Assembly (NCBI GenBank): GCA_963719495.1
Contig: CAVRCI010000003.1
Coordinates: 32,001-96,000 of the forward strand
Origin: an uncultured Verrucomicrobiae bacterium
GTDB taxonomy: Bacteria > Verrucomicrobiota > Verrucomicrobiia > Chthoniobacterales > JAATET01
Length of the DNA stretch: 64,000 nt
Direction: 5' to 3'
This document shows, in pieces, positions 55,758-64,000 of this stretch. A program made the translations under genes and the position numbers. The notes under the pieces were generated by a model. That model had not been told where the DNA came from. It saw only the letters and a list, made by a program, of their open reading frames with translations, and searched no databases. Position 1 is the first letter of the stretch; every line of letters starts with the position of its first letter.

Positions 55758-58550
55758 TCAGGGGTTCGAAACGGAGGTGGGCTTTTCCGCGACGGCTGCG
55801 GTGACCGAGTCCCCGCCGCCGGGTTCGCCCGCCAGCCACGCGAAGAGGTTGCGGGCATACTGCGCGTTGTCGTGTTCGGTGATGTCGGTGCCCGCGCCGT
55901 TCGCGTTGAAGAACGTGTTGCGGTCGAAATGGATCGCCACCCGCCCGGCGTCCGCCGTTGCGACGATGAGCGACCCGTCCCGCGCATCGGTCGGGCGGGT
56001 CGTGCCCTGGCATTTCTTCGAGCCCGGCGTGCCATCGTTGTTGCGGGTGTTGCCGGAGGCGGCGGCGAGCCGCGTGATGCTCACCCCGGCGGGCGGCGGG
56101 CCGGCGGGGATGCGCCCCGGCGAGACGCCTTCGCCCATGAAGGTGTCCACGCCGTCGAAGATCGGGTGGTTCGGAACGACGAACCCGCCCTTCGCGAGAT
56201 CGACCGTGTAGAGGCCGAGGTCCTGGTTCACCGCGAGTCCGAAGCGGTCGAGGAATTGCTGATCGGAATCCGGCGCGTCGCACCAGCTCGATCCGAAGTT
56301 CGCATCGGAGATGAACAGCGCCGCGCCACCGCCGCGCACGTAGGCTTCGAGCGCGTCGATCGCGGCGGTGCCGTAGACCGCGTTGTTCGAGGCGAGGACG
56401 ACTGCCGCGTATTCGTCGAGATCGAGCGCGGCGAGGTCGAGCGGCGCGCCGATGGTCTGCCCGGTGCCGGGAGCGCCGGACTCGAGTGGTTCGGCCACTT
56501 GCTCGACGATGAAGCCCTCGCCCTCGAGCAGGACCTTCAGCGCGCCCCAGCCGTGGTTGCCGTTGTTGGTCGCGGTGTTGCCGAGATCGGCGAGTTGCTC
56601 GGTGCGGTCGGCGTCGTTTTTCGCTTCGAGGAAGCCACCGCTGCGGTCCGCGCCGCGGATGAAGAGCAGCTTCTTCGGCGACGAGACCAGGGCGACCCAG
56701 TCGGCGGTCGCGGGCGCCGGGGGGGAGCCGAGCGAGACGCTGCCGCCGCCGGTGACGGTCGTGACGGAGCCGGGCTGGAGCGCGCCGCCATTGCGCGGAT
56801 CGAACCACCTGACGTCGAACGTCCCCGGCTGGTCCGTGAGATCGAGCGACCGCGTCCCGCCCGACGGCAGGAAGACGACGTATTCGCTGCCCTCCTTCGC
56901 GAGGCAGAATCCGTCGTCGATGTTGTCGGCGGCGTTGCCGACGAGATCGTTGCGGTTGTGCATTTCCCAGAAGGGCACGCCATTTTCCGAAAAGAACTCG
57001 AGCGCGTGTCGGCACTGGTCCCACCAAAGGTCGCGGGAGCGAAAATCCTGCAGCGTGAGATCGGATTGCGCGTGCGAATAACCGAAATACCATTCGTTCC
57101 CAGCGCCGCCCGCCATCAGCGTGCCCCAGAGTGCGCGCTTGCGCGGCACGTCGTGCGTCGGATCGTCGGCGTCGGGCACCAGCGCGTGCGAGGCGTCGCC
57201 AGGTTCGTCCACCGCCACGACCCACGGTTTGCCGACGGTGGCGGACTTGTCGATCCACTCCTTCGTCCAGCCAAAGACTTTGGCAAAATTTTTCGAGTTG
57301 GTCTGGATCGACACACCGGTGAGTTCGGACGCGGTCCCGAGCATGGGCGTGTAGATCGCGCTTTGCTCGCCGGGGTAGGTGTGGATCACGATCGGGTGGC
57401 CATACGGATCGTGGTCGCGAAAATACTGCGCCATCGCCTTCCGCTGGGCGTCGGTCTGGTCCTTGCTCTCCTCGCCGAGGTTCCAGTTCAGCGCGAGGTG
57501 GTGGGCGAAGCGGGCGATCAGCTCGCGGTAGTAGAGCTTGCGCTGCGTGCCGACGCCACCGCCGTCGAGGAGCGTCTCGTTCTCGGTCTCCTGCGTCTTG
57601 AAATGCAGATACATCCCTCGCGCGTCGGCGTGCGTGAAGACCACCTCCCACTGGTCGAGCCGCGACACGTCCAGTCGCACCCGCTCGCCGTAGGCGGTGT
57701 AGGGGAAAACGTTTTTGTCGTCGCCGTCGATGTTCATGGTGAGGAACGAGAAGGCGTTCAACCCTTCGTCCGCGAGGTAGTTGATCGCGCCGATCAGCCC
57801 CTTGCCCCGGCCGTTCCGCCACGTCGGGTCGCCGGGCTGCCAGTCCGCAACGTGAGGCCCCCACGTCTTGATCTTGTCGTCGGCCCGGCCGTCGCTCTTG
57901 AAGTCGCCGTCGAAGTCCGAGTAGGCCAGCAGGTTCTCGGGCGAGTCCGCTCCCTGTTTCAGAAAATACCCGCCCGTCCCGGCCCAGCGCAGGTGGTGCC
58001 CGCCGACGTATTCGAGCAGGCCGCGCGCGCGATTGTCGGGCACGGCCTTGTCGCCCGCGACGACCTCGAACGTGCCGTCGACCTCGCCGTCGGGGTCGCC
58101 ATTCAACGTCGCGGCGCCACCGGGTGCCGCCTCGTCGCTCACCGCCACATCCGTCCCGGTGCTAAACTGCGCCGCGAAATTCCACGTCCCAAGTTCCGGC
58201 GGGGCGAAATGGACGCGCCAGATGTTGCCTGCCGCCGCGCCGGTCTCGCCCGCAGCGCCGTCGGCCGCGTAGTAGCCGGGCACGACGAAACTCCTGCCGC
58301 TGGCCGGATGCGTGAACGTGACATCGAGCCGGTAGTCGAGAAATGGATTGGGCGTCGCGTCCTCGGAGGACGCCGGCCCCTCGAACGCGACCGTCACCCG
58401 GTGCCACTGCCGGAGGTCGCCATGAACGCCGACGGTCGGCGTGCTCGACACAGCCGAAGGTGTGGCCGCGGCGGCCTCGCGCCCGGATTCTGCGGAGGCG
58501 GAAATCCAGAGGCCGAAAAGCAGCGATAGGAAGGGGAGGAGAGCTTTCAC
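55758..58550 (-). CDS. Secreted DUF5060/DUF4038-like putative glycoside hydrolase with collagen-binding-like and glutamine-amidotransferase-like C-terminal domains
   Basis: NPFLDYRL.V.F.H, VPGYYAADG, WNLGEE, VRWFDPRNGG; signal peptide from GTG 58550. Confidence 0.8.
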   Translation of the reverse strand: MKALLPFLSLLFGLWISASAESGREAAAATPSAVSSTPTVGVHGDLRQWHRVTVAFEGPASSEDATPNPFLDYRLDVTFTHPASGRSFVVPGYYAADGAAGETGAAAGNIWRVHFAPPELGTWNFAAQFSTGTDVAVSDEAAPGGAATLNGDPDGEVDGTFEVVAGDKAVPDNRARGLLEYVGGHHLRWAGTGGYFLKQGADSPENLLAYSDFDGDFKSDGRADDKIKTWGPHVADWQPGDPTWRNGRGKGLIGAINYLADEGLNAFSFLTMNIDGDDKNVFPYTAYGERVRLDVSRLDQWEVVFTHADARGMYLHFKTQETENETLLDGGGVGTQRKLYYRELIARFAHHLALNWNLGEESKDQTDAQRKAMAQYFRDHDPYGHPIVIHTYPGEQSAIYTPMLGTASELTGVSIQTNSKNFAKVFGWTKEWIDKSATVGKPWVVAVDEPGDASHALVPDADDPTHDVPRKRALWGTLMAGGAGNEWYFGYSHAQSDLTLQDFRSRDLWWDQCRHALEFFSENGVPFWEMHNRNDLVGNAADNIDDGFCLAKEGSEYVVFLPSGGTRSLDLTDQPGTFDVRWFDPRNGGALQPGSVTTVTGGGSVSLGSPPAPATADWVALVSSPKKLLFIRGADRSGGFLEAKNDADRTEQLADLGNTATNNGNHGWGALKVLLEGEGFIVEQVAEPLESGAPGTGQTIGAPLDLAALDLDEYAAVVLASNNAVYGTAAIDALEAYVRGGGAALFISDANFGSSWCDAPDSDQQFLDRFGLAVNQDLGLYTVDLAKGGFVVPNHPIFDGVDTFMGEGVSPGRIPAGPPPAGVSITRLAAASGNTRNNDGTPGSKKCQGTTRPTDARDGSLIVATADAGRVAIHFDRNTFFNANGAGTDITEHDNAQYARNLFAWLAGEPGGGDSVTAAVAEKPTSVSNP

Positions 58551-58670
58551 CGGATGGAGGGAGGAAGCCAATTCAACGGCTGGCGCGGACAAGGGCCTTC
58601 CGTATCGTCGGTCAACGCCGCAAAGCGCCGACGAAAAGAGGAGTTTTGGAGGGGAGACACCAAGGCACCC

Positions 58671-58732
58671 AGAATATCCGATCAACCTCGAAACGCCAAC
58701 CCGCACCGGGTGGACGAGATTTTACGCGTAGA
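58671..58732 (-). promoter_or_regulatory. Site TTTACGCGTAGA (58721-58732) plus promoter
   Basis: TTGGCG(58699)-N17-TATTCT(58676). Confidence 0.8.
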
Positions 58733-58794
58733 GCCAAACGGTCTTCGTGCGAAAGGCGGAGCCCGCTGCGATCGACCGGTGCATCGAGATGATG

Positions 58795-58848
58795 TTTACG
58801 CATATAACATCCTCTCGATAGCAGGTGCTCGTCTTCCCAAGGTAGGAT
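58795..58848 (+). promoter_or_regulatory. Degenerate site TTTACGCATATA (58795-58806) plus -10 TAGGAT for the TPR-exbBD operon
   Basis: The -10 at 58843 is 37 bp from the site. Confidence 0.65.
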
Positions 58849-58890
58849 CGGAGTTTCCGCATCCGTCCCTCCCAACTCCCCTCTTCGATA

Positions 58891-61779
58891 ATGCCACGCC
58901 CCCCCGACGGCACCGTGCTCGAGTCAGATTTACATTCCCGCGACCGGGGACGCGGCCCGGTATCCACGCTCGTTCGGGTGGCCGTGATCGCCGCCGCGAT
59001 AGCGACGGTGAGCACCGGACGAATGGAAGCGCAGCCGAGTCCGGCGGACGGATTGGATGCCGGGTGGGCCAGCTACCAGAGCGGAAAGTTTCCGGAAGCG
59101 GCTGCGAGTCTGGAAAAATTCACCGCCGAGCAGAGCGGCAATGCGGCGTATCTCGGCGTGTTCAAGCGCGTCACCTACCTCCTGGCGTTGTGTTACGTGA
59201 AGACGGAGGACTGGGCGAAGGTCCACGACGCCGTCGAGCGCTTCGCGAAGGCCACCGGGGAGGGTCAGCCAGGATGGGAGGACGAGTTGACATTCTGGAA
59301 TGGCGTGGCGCTCGTGAAGACCGGCGAGCCCGCCGCCGGGCGCGAGGCGTTGCTGGCTTTCTTGAAGTCGAATCGGGACCCGGCCAAGCGGTTCCCCGCC
59401 ATTCTGCTCGTCGGATCGGCCTACACCGCGGAAGGAAAGTCAGCCGAAGCCGCCGCCTTTTACGCGCAAGCCGGAGCCTCGCTGCCGACCATGGATGCCG
59501 CCCGGCTCCGAATGCTCGAGTTGGACTCCTACGTTGCCGCCGACGATCTGCCCGGCGCGATCGCCGCGGCGGATCGCGGCTTCGCGGTGCTCGACGAGAT
59601 GCCGCAAGTCGTCGCGTTTCAACTCCTCGCGCTGCAATTGGCCGAGAAACTGATCGAGGCCGATCGGGTCCGCGAAGCCATCGCGATCCTGCTGCGGATC
59701 GGATCACGCGAGGAATTGCTGGCTCTCCAGCAGCAGCGCATCGATCAACTCGCACCGCGGATCTCCGCCTCGACCGCCGGTGACCCCGGCCTCGCCGCGC
59801 TTTCCAAGCTCTCGGAGAGCGTGAAATCCGACGCCGCGAGGCTCGCGGACGTCCCGGATTTCGACTCGATGGTGCGCTTCCGCCTGGCCTCCGCTTTCCT
59901 TCGTCTGAAACGCTACAACGAGCTGACATTCATCTTGAGCGGGATGCTCGCCGACCTTCCGGCCGACGCGATCAACGAGCAGGCGTCCGACACGCTCGTC
60001 CGCTCCTACATGCAGGTCGGACGATGGCCGCGGGTCGTCGAGACGGCCCGTGCCTTCCGCGAAAAGTTCCCCAACTCGGCATCGCTCCCGGGCGTCATGC
60101 TGCTCGAAGCCCAGGGGCTGCAGGAACAAGGGAAGCTCGACGAGGCCGAGAAGGCGTTCGGTGAATTGGTCGAAAAATTCCCCCAGGACGATCTCACCCC
60201 GGAGGCCACATTTCTGCGGGCATTCAACGACATGCTGCGCGAGGAATTCGAATCCGCCATCGCGCAGTTCCAAGCCATCGCCCAGGACGAATCCGACACC
60301 GCGACCGCGGAGAAGGCGATGTTCTGGACCGCCGAAGCCGAATCGATGCGCAAGGCACCGGACGCCACGATCACCGCCGCCGACGCCTATCTGGAGAAGT
60401 ATCCGCGGGGCGAATACGCACCGGACGCTCTCTATCGGAAGGCATTCGCCCTCCACGCGCTGCGCGACTACGAGGCCAGCGTCCCGCTACTCGAGACCTT
60501 CCTGAAGCAAAATCCCGGCCACACCTACGCCGGCGAGGCGCTCCTCCTGAAAGCCGACGCCGCGCTGGCCCAGGGCGATACCAAGGCCGGGCTCGCCCTG
60601 CTGGCGTCGGTCGCACCGGGTCCGTATTACGAAGAGGCGCAATTCCGCACCGCCAAGGTCCATCGGCTCGCCGAGGACCACGACGCGCTGCGCGAGCACC
60701 TCGAGAAGTTCGTCTCGAACAATCCAGCCAGCGCCCGCCTGGCCGAAGCGGTCTATTGGATCGCGTGGAGCTGGCGCGACGACCCGGCGAAGCAAAACGC
60801 AGCTTACTGGACGGCCATCGACCGTTTCGGCAACGATCCCGCCCAATGGGGCGTTCAGGAAATCCTCCAAGGCCTCATCAAGGCCAACGGAGGCGAGGAA
60901 GCGAAGCAGGAGCTGGCGGAGAAATTCCGCCAGGAAAGTCGAAAGGCCGAACTCGCCAAAAAGCGCTCGCTCGATCTTCAGCTCCGCTGGGCCCAGGCGG
61001 AATTGATTCGCAAATCGGACCCCGGCGCCGCCCGCCAGCTTCTCGTGGACTCCGCGCCATTCCTCGATCCGGCCCGCGACAATCCGCAGATTCTCGTCGC
61101 CGTCGCCGACGCCCTCCGTGCCGCCGGGAAGCGACCCGAGGCCAGCGCGCTCTACGCCGACATCCGGCGATGGAACCCCACCTCGACGGCCAACGACCGC
61201 GTCTTCGCTGCGCTGGGCGGGATGTCCGCCGAGGACGGGGACTACGCGAAAGCGCTCGAATATTTCGACCGCTTCGACCGCGAGATCCCGTCCTCCGCGC
61301 TGCGAGCCGAGATCGGGCTTGCCTCCGCCAACGCCCTCGTCGAACTCGAGCGCTACGACGAGGCGATCCAGAAAATCGAGACGCTGCTCGATACGAAGTC
61401 CGCCCCGAAACGCCTCAAGGCCTCGGCGCTCGTCGCCCTCGGTCGGATCGAGATCACCCGCGGCGAACCCCGCCGCGCGGTCGCCCCGCTGCAACGGGTT
61501 TACGTCCTCTATGGCGCCTACCCGGAACTCGCCGCGGAGGCCTACGTCGAAACCGCCAAGTCGCTCGAGAAACTGGACGACCCACTCGGCGCTGCCCGCA
61601 CTTACCTCGAGTTTCTCGAGACCGGCCGGCTGGATACGCCCGCGACGAAAGCCTTCGTCGCCGAAGCTCGAAAAAATTTGGCCGACATCCCCGCAGCGAC
61701 GCGGACCGAGGCCGAGGCGCAGAACCGTGCCGCGGCCGAAGCCGTCGCCACGGCCAGCGTGGGGGGGGCGGGGTCATGA
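58891..61779 (+). CDS. Large periplasmic TPR protein, paralog of 503..3289
   Basis: TPR repeats; shared FDS....R.A..F and QR.Y.LYG..PE..A..Y...A.RTY motifs; start uncertain. Confidence 0.9.
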   Translation: MPRPPDGTVLESDLHSRDRGRGPVSTLVRVAVIAAAIATVSTGRMEAQPSPADGLDAGWASYQSGKFPEAAASLEKFTAEQSGNAAYLGVFKRVTYLLALCYVKTEDWAKVHDAVERFAKATGEGQPGWEDELTFWNGVALVKTGEPAAGREALLAFLKSNRDPAKRFPAILLVGSAYTAEGKSAEAAAFYAQAGASLPTMDAARLRMLELDSYVAADDLPGAIAAADRGFAVLDEMPQVVAFQLLALQLAEKLIEADRVREAIAILLRIGSREELLALQQQRIDQLAPRISASTAGDPGLAALSKLSESVKSDAARLADVPDFDSMVRFRLASAFLRLKRYNELTFILSGMLADLPADAINEQASDTLVRSYMQVGRWPRVVETARAFREKFPNSASLPGVMLLEAQGLQEQGKLDEAEKAFGELVEKFPQDDLTPEATFLRAFNDMLREEFESAIAQFQAIAQDESDTATAEKAMFWTAEAESMRKAPDATITAADAYLEKYPRGEYAPDALYRKAFALHALRDYEASVPLLETFLKQNPGHTYAGEALLLKADAALAQGDTKAGLALLASVAPGPYYEEAQFRTAKVHRLAEDHDALREHLEKFVSNNPASARLAEAVYWIAWSWRDDPAKQNAAYWTAIDRFGNDPAQWGVQEILQGLIKANGGEEAKQELAEKFRQESRKAELAKKRSLDLQLRWAQAELIRKSDPGAARQLLVDSAPFLDPARDNPQILVAVADALRAAGKRPEASALYADIRRWNPTSTANDRVFAALGGMSAEDGDYAKALEYFDRFDREIPSSALRAEIGLASANALVELERYDEAIQKIETLLDTKSAPKRLKASALVALGRIEITRGEPRRAVAPLQRVYVLYGAYPELAAEAYVETAKSLEKLDDPLGAARTYLEFLETGRLDTPATKAFVAEARKNLADIPAATRTEAEAQNRAAAEAVATASVGGAGS

Positions 61780-62702
61780 GCGCGTTCATCCACCGCTTCC
61801 CGATCCGCCGGACGGCTTCGATCTGCCTGGCGATCTTCGGACTCGCCGCGCAACCGCTCCGGGCGGACGTGACTGGCGACGTGATCCAGCTCGCATCCGG
61901 GAAGGAAGTGCAGGCGCGCGTGAGCGGTCTCGACGGCGAAGCTCTCACCCTCATCCGCAAGACCCAATACGGAGTCGTCACCGAGCGGCTTCCGTTGGAT
62001 CAGGTGCGAGCCGTCAAGTTCGCCGACGAGGAACGCCTCGCCGCCGACCTTCCGAAGCTGACCGACCGCGCGCGACTCGAGCAGCTCTGGAATGCCCGCA
62101 AACCCTTCCTGCCCATTCCGGAATCGATGGCCGGAGCCGTCGGTCTGCGCTTCGCACGGGTGCTCCTCGATTCCACCAAACCCGCCGACGCCCAGCTCGC
62201 GGAAGGCGTTCTGGATGACGTCGAGGAGAAGGACTGGAGCAAACCCCGCCGCGCCGACGCCTCGGGCCTGCGCTTCGAGGCTCTCCTGAAATCCGGGGAC
62301 GAAGCGACCGCGCTCGCCCGGGCCGAGGAGGCTCTCGCGCGCAAGGACCAGCCCCGCATGCGGTCCGACGCGAGCTACTTTCTCGCCAATCGGGCGATCA
62401 ACGAGTTCCTCGAGCTGCTCGCCGAGAACCCGCGGTGGAGTCAGGACCCCTTCGTCCGGCCGGAGCGCGACCGCCTGTATTACACCGCGATCGACCTGCT
62501 TCTCATCCCGTATCTCGAGGACGGCTCCTCCCCGGAGACGGCGTCCCGGAGCGTCTGGCGGCTCTCCGAATTCTACGCCGAAGCGGGCGAAACCGAGGCC
62601 GCCCGCTCGAGCGCACAGGACGTCGTGACCATTTTTAGCTCCACCCCCGAGGCGAAACTCGCCGAGAAATATCTGACCACATCCGAAAAAACCGAACCAT
62701 GA
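61776..62702 (+). CDS. Secreted partner protein (N-terminal beta domain plus TPR-like helices)
   Basis: ATGA overlaps at both ends; signal peptide MSAFIHRFP...LAAQPLRA. Confidence 0.85.
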   Translation: MSAFIHRFPIRRTASICLAIFGLAAQPLRADVTGDVIQLASGKEVQARVSGLDGEALTLIRKTQYGVVTERLPLDQVRAVKFADEERLAADLPKLTDRARLEQLWNARKPFLPIPESMAGAVGLRFARVLLDSTKPADAQLAEGVLDDVEEKDWSKPRRADASGLRFEALLKSGDEATALARAEEALARKDQPRMRSDASYFLANRAINEFLELLAENPRWSQDPFVRPERDRLYYTAIDLLLIPYLEDGSSPETASRSVWRLSEFYAEAGETEAARSSAQDVVTIFSSTPEAKLAEKYLTTSEKTEP

Positions 62703-63532
62703 ACGCCCACCTCTCTCCCCTCCGCCCCCCCCTCCGAGCCCTGCTCTACGCGAGTCTGCTGACAATCGCGATCTCCGCGTCGTCGCACGCGCAGGAGCCC
62801 GCCGCCACGCCTCCCCCCCCGCCCGCCGTCGCCGAGAAGTCGCTGCTCGACCTCTACGCCCAGGGTGGCTTGCTCATGCATTTCATCCTCGTCTGCTCGA
62901 TGGGGACGATCACCGTCGGCATCTACTGCGCCCTGCAGATCAATCGACGGAAAATGCAACCAGCCGCGCACATCGGCGCCCTCACGCAGTTCATGCAGTC
63001 ACGCGACGTCGGAGGAGCCTACGAATTCTGCCAGCAGCACCCGAATGCCTACACGAACACCGTTTCCGCCGCGCTTCTCAAGGTGAATTTCGAGCGGGAA
63101 CTGGCCAACAAATTTTCCATGGAGCAGGCCGCCGCCGAGTCGCTCGCCGAGGTCGAGACCCGGAGCATGGTCTGGGTGAACTACCTGAACGTGTTTGCCA
63201 CCCTCGCGCCGATGCTCGGGTTGCTGGGGACGGTGACGGGCATGATCCAAAGTTTCGACCAGCTCGCAGCCGGACGCAGCGAGCCGGCGGACCTCGCGGG
63301 GGGCATCGGGCAGGCCATGCTCACGACCGCGGGCGGTCTCATCGTCGGTATCCCGGCCATGTTCCTGTATTTCTTCTTCCGGAACCAATTGCTCATCGTC
63401 GTGACCGAGATTCAGAAATCCGTGACCTTCCTGATCGATATTCTCAGCGGGGAATTGAAGCTCGAGGGAGCGGTCGACCCCGCGGCGACGACCGAGCCGC
63501 CGCCGGAGCAGCAGCCCTCGGAGGAAGCCTGA
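62699..63532 (+). CDS. exbB: MotA/TolQ/ExbB proton channel protein
   Basis: APMLGLLGTVTGMIQSF and LAGGIGQAMLTTAGGLIVGIPA. Confidence 0.93.
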   Translation: MNAHLSPLRPPLRALLYASLLTIAISASSHAQEPAATPPPPPAVAEKSLLDLYAQGGLLMHFILVCSMGTITVGIYCALQINRRKMQPAAHIGALTQFMQSRDVGGAYEFCQQHPNAYTNTVSAALLKVNFERELANKFSMEQAAAESLAEVETRSMVWVNYLNVFATLAPMLGLLGTVTGMIQSFDQLAAGRSEPADLAGGIGQAMLTTAGGLIVGIPAMFLYFFFRNQLLIVVTEIQKSVTFLIDILSGELKLEGAVDPAATTEPPPEQQPSEEA

Positions 63533-63560
63533 TCACCGTGCATCCCGCCGCCGCCCCCCG

Positions 63561-63971
63561 ATGAAAATCGAACGTCGTTCCAGCGGAAAGCCGGGCTTCA
63601 TGCTCGCGCCCATGATCGACATGACCTTTCTGCTGCTCATCTTCTTCATGGTCACCACGAAGATCAGCAAGGATAAGGTCAATCTCGAGATCGCCCTGCC
63701 TACCGCGGCCAACGCCGTGCGACCCGATGACCTCACGAACCGCGACATCATCAACATCGACAGCGCGGGGAACTATTTCATCTCCAACGACCCGATGACC
63801 AAGGAGTCGCTGCGAGCCTACCTCGTGAAACGATTTGAAAACTACCCACCGCTCCGTCTCTACGTCCGCGCGGACCGCAATACGCCCAGCAAACAAATCA
63901 AGGAACTGATGCGCCTCGCCGCCGAAGCTGGAGCCATCGACGTCATCTTCGGCAGCTACGAGAAGGAATGA
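63561..63971 (+). CDS. exbD: ExbD/TolR biopolymer transport protein
   Basis: LAPMIDMTFLLLIFFMVTT (conserved Asp) and VRADR.TP. Confidence 0.93.
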   Translation: MKIERRSSGKPGFMLAPMIDMTFLLLIFFMVTTKISKDKVNLEIALPTAANAVRPDDLTNRDIINIDSAGNYFISNDPMTKESLRAYLVKRFENYPPLRLYVRADRNTPSKQIKELMRLAAEAGAIDVIFGSYEKE

Positions 63972-63972
63972 A

Positions 63973-64000
63973 ATGAAGGTCCGTCGTCGCGAAGAAGAGG
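63973..64000 (+). CDS. Start of the next gene, probably a second ExbD (truncated)
   Basis: MKVRRREEE starts 1 nt after the exbD stop and resembles ExbD N-termini; only 9 codons visible. Confidence 0.55.

Noticed and set aside
55745..55760. Read-through or selenocysteine fusion of two in-frame ORFs separated by one TGA
   Set aside because: The downstream ORF has its own signal peptide and matches the N-termini of the standalone paralogs; an in-frame arrangement has a 1-in-3 chance.
18484..58529. Very long antisense or alternate-frame ORFs (18484..22338, 31445..35344, 48339..51731, 55371..58529)
   Set aside because: Shadow ORFs of high-GC3 genes on the opposite strand; no recognisable motifs.
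61761..62820. G8 (61761-61768) and C8 (62813-62820) tracts as phase-variation switches
   Set aside because: Short for slippage in high-GC DNA and explained by Gly and Pro codons; frames are intact.
62699..63971. Tol-Pal or flagellar stator genes
   Set aside because: No tolA, tolB, pal or MotB peptidoglycan-binding domain is visible, and the context is TPR and glycan genes.

Overview
GC-rich bacterial DNA, most likely Verrucomicrobiota (two PEP-CTERM genes and a Verru_Chthon pilin-like cassette). Nearly the whole window appears to be one co-regulated glycan-foraging locus. It has secreted beta-helix enzymes (3 paralogs), heparinase-like proteins, GH28 x2, GH29, CE15, DUF2264 and YesU, an ABC sugar importer and a sodium:solute symporter. 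The envelope machinery comprises two outward-facing paralogous giant-TPR operons (the right one continues into exbB-exbD-exbD), an FHA/TonB-like/DUF4159 protein and the Verru_Chthon B-C-A-D cassette. No SusC/TonB-dependent receptor is present. A 12-bp palindrome (consensus TYTACRCGTARA) occurs 13 times, each time upstream of a gene start and mostly 36-37 or 44-47 bp from a -10 box, which ties pili, TPR/ExbBD and enzymes into one candidate regulon. Also present: a 4 x 213-bp tandem amplification of a convergent gene junction, several MITE/REP families with target-site duplications, a pseudogene, a leftover C-terminus of a second cassette-D pilin, and a VapC toxin-antitoxin pair. No rRNA, tRNA or CRISPR array was seen. 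All family assignments come from motif recognition by eye, not database searches.
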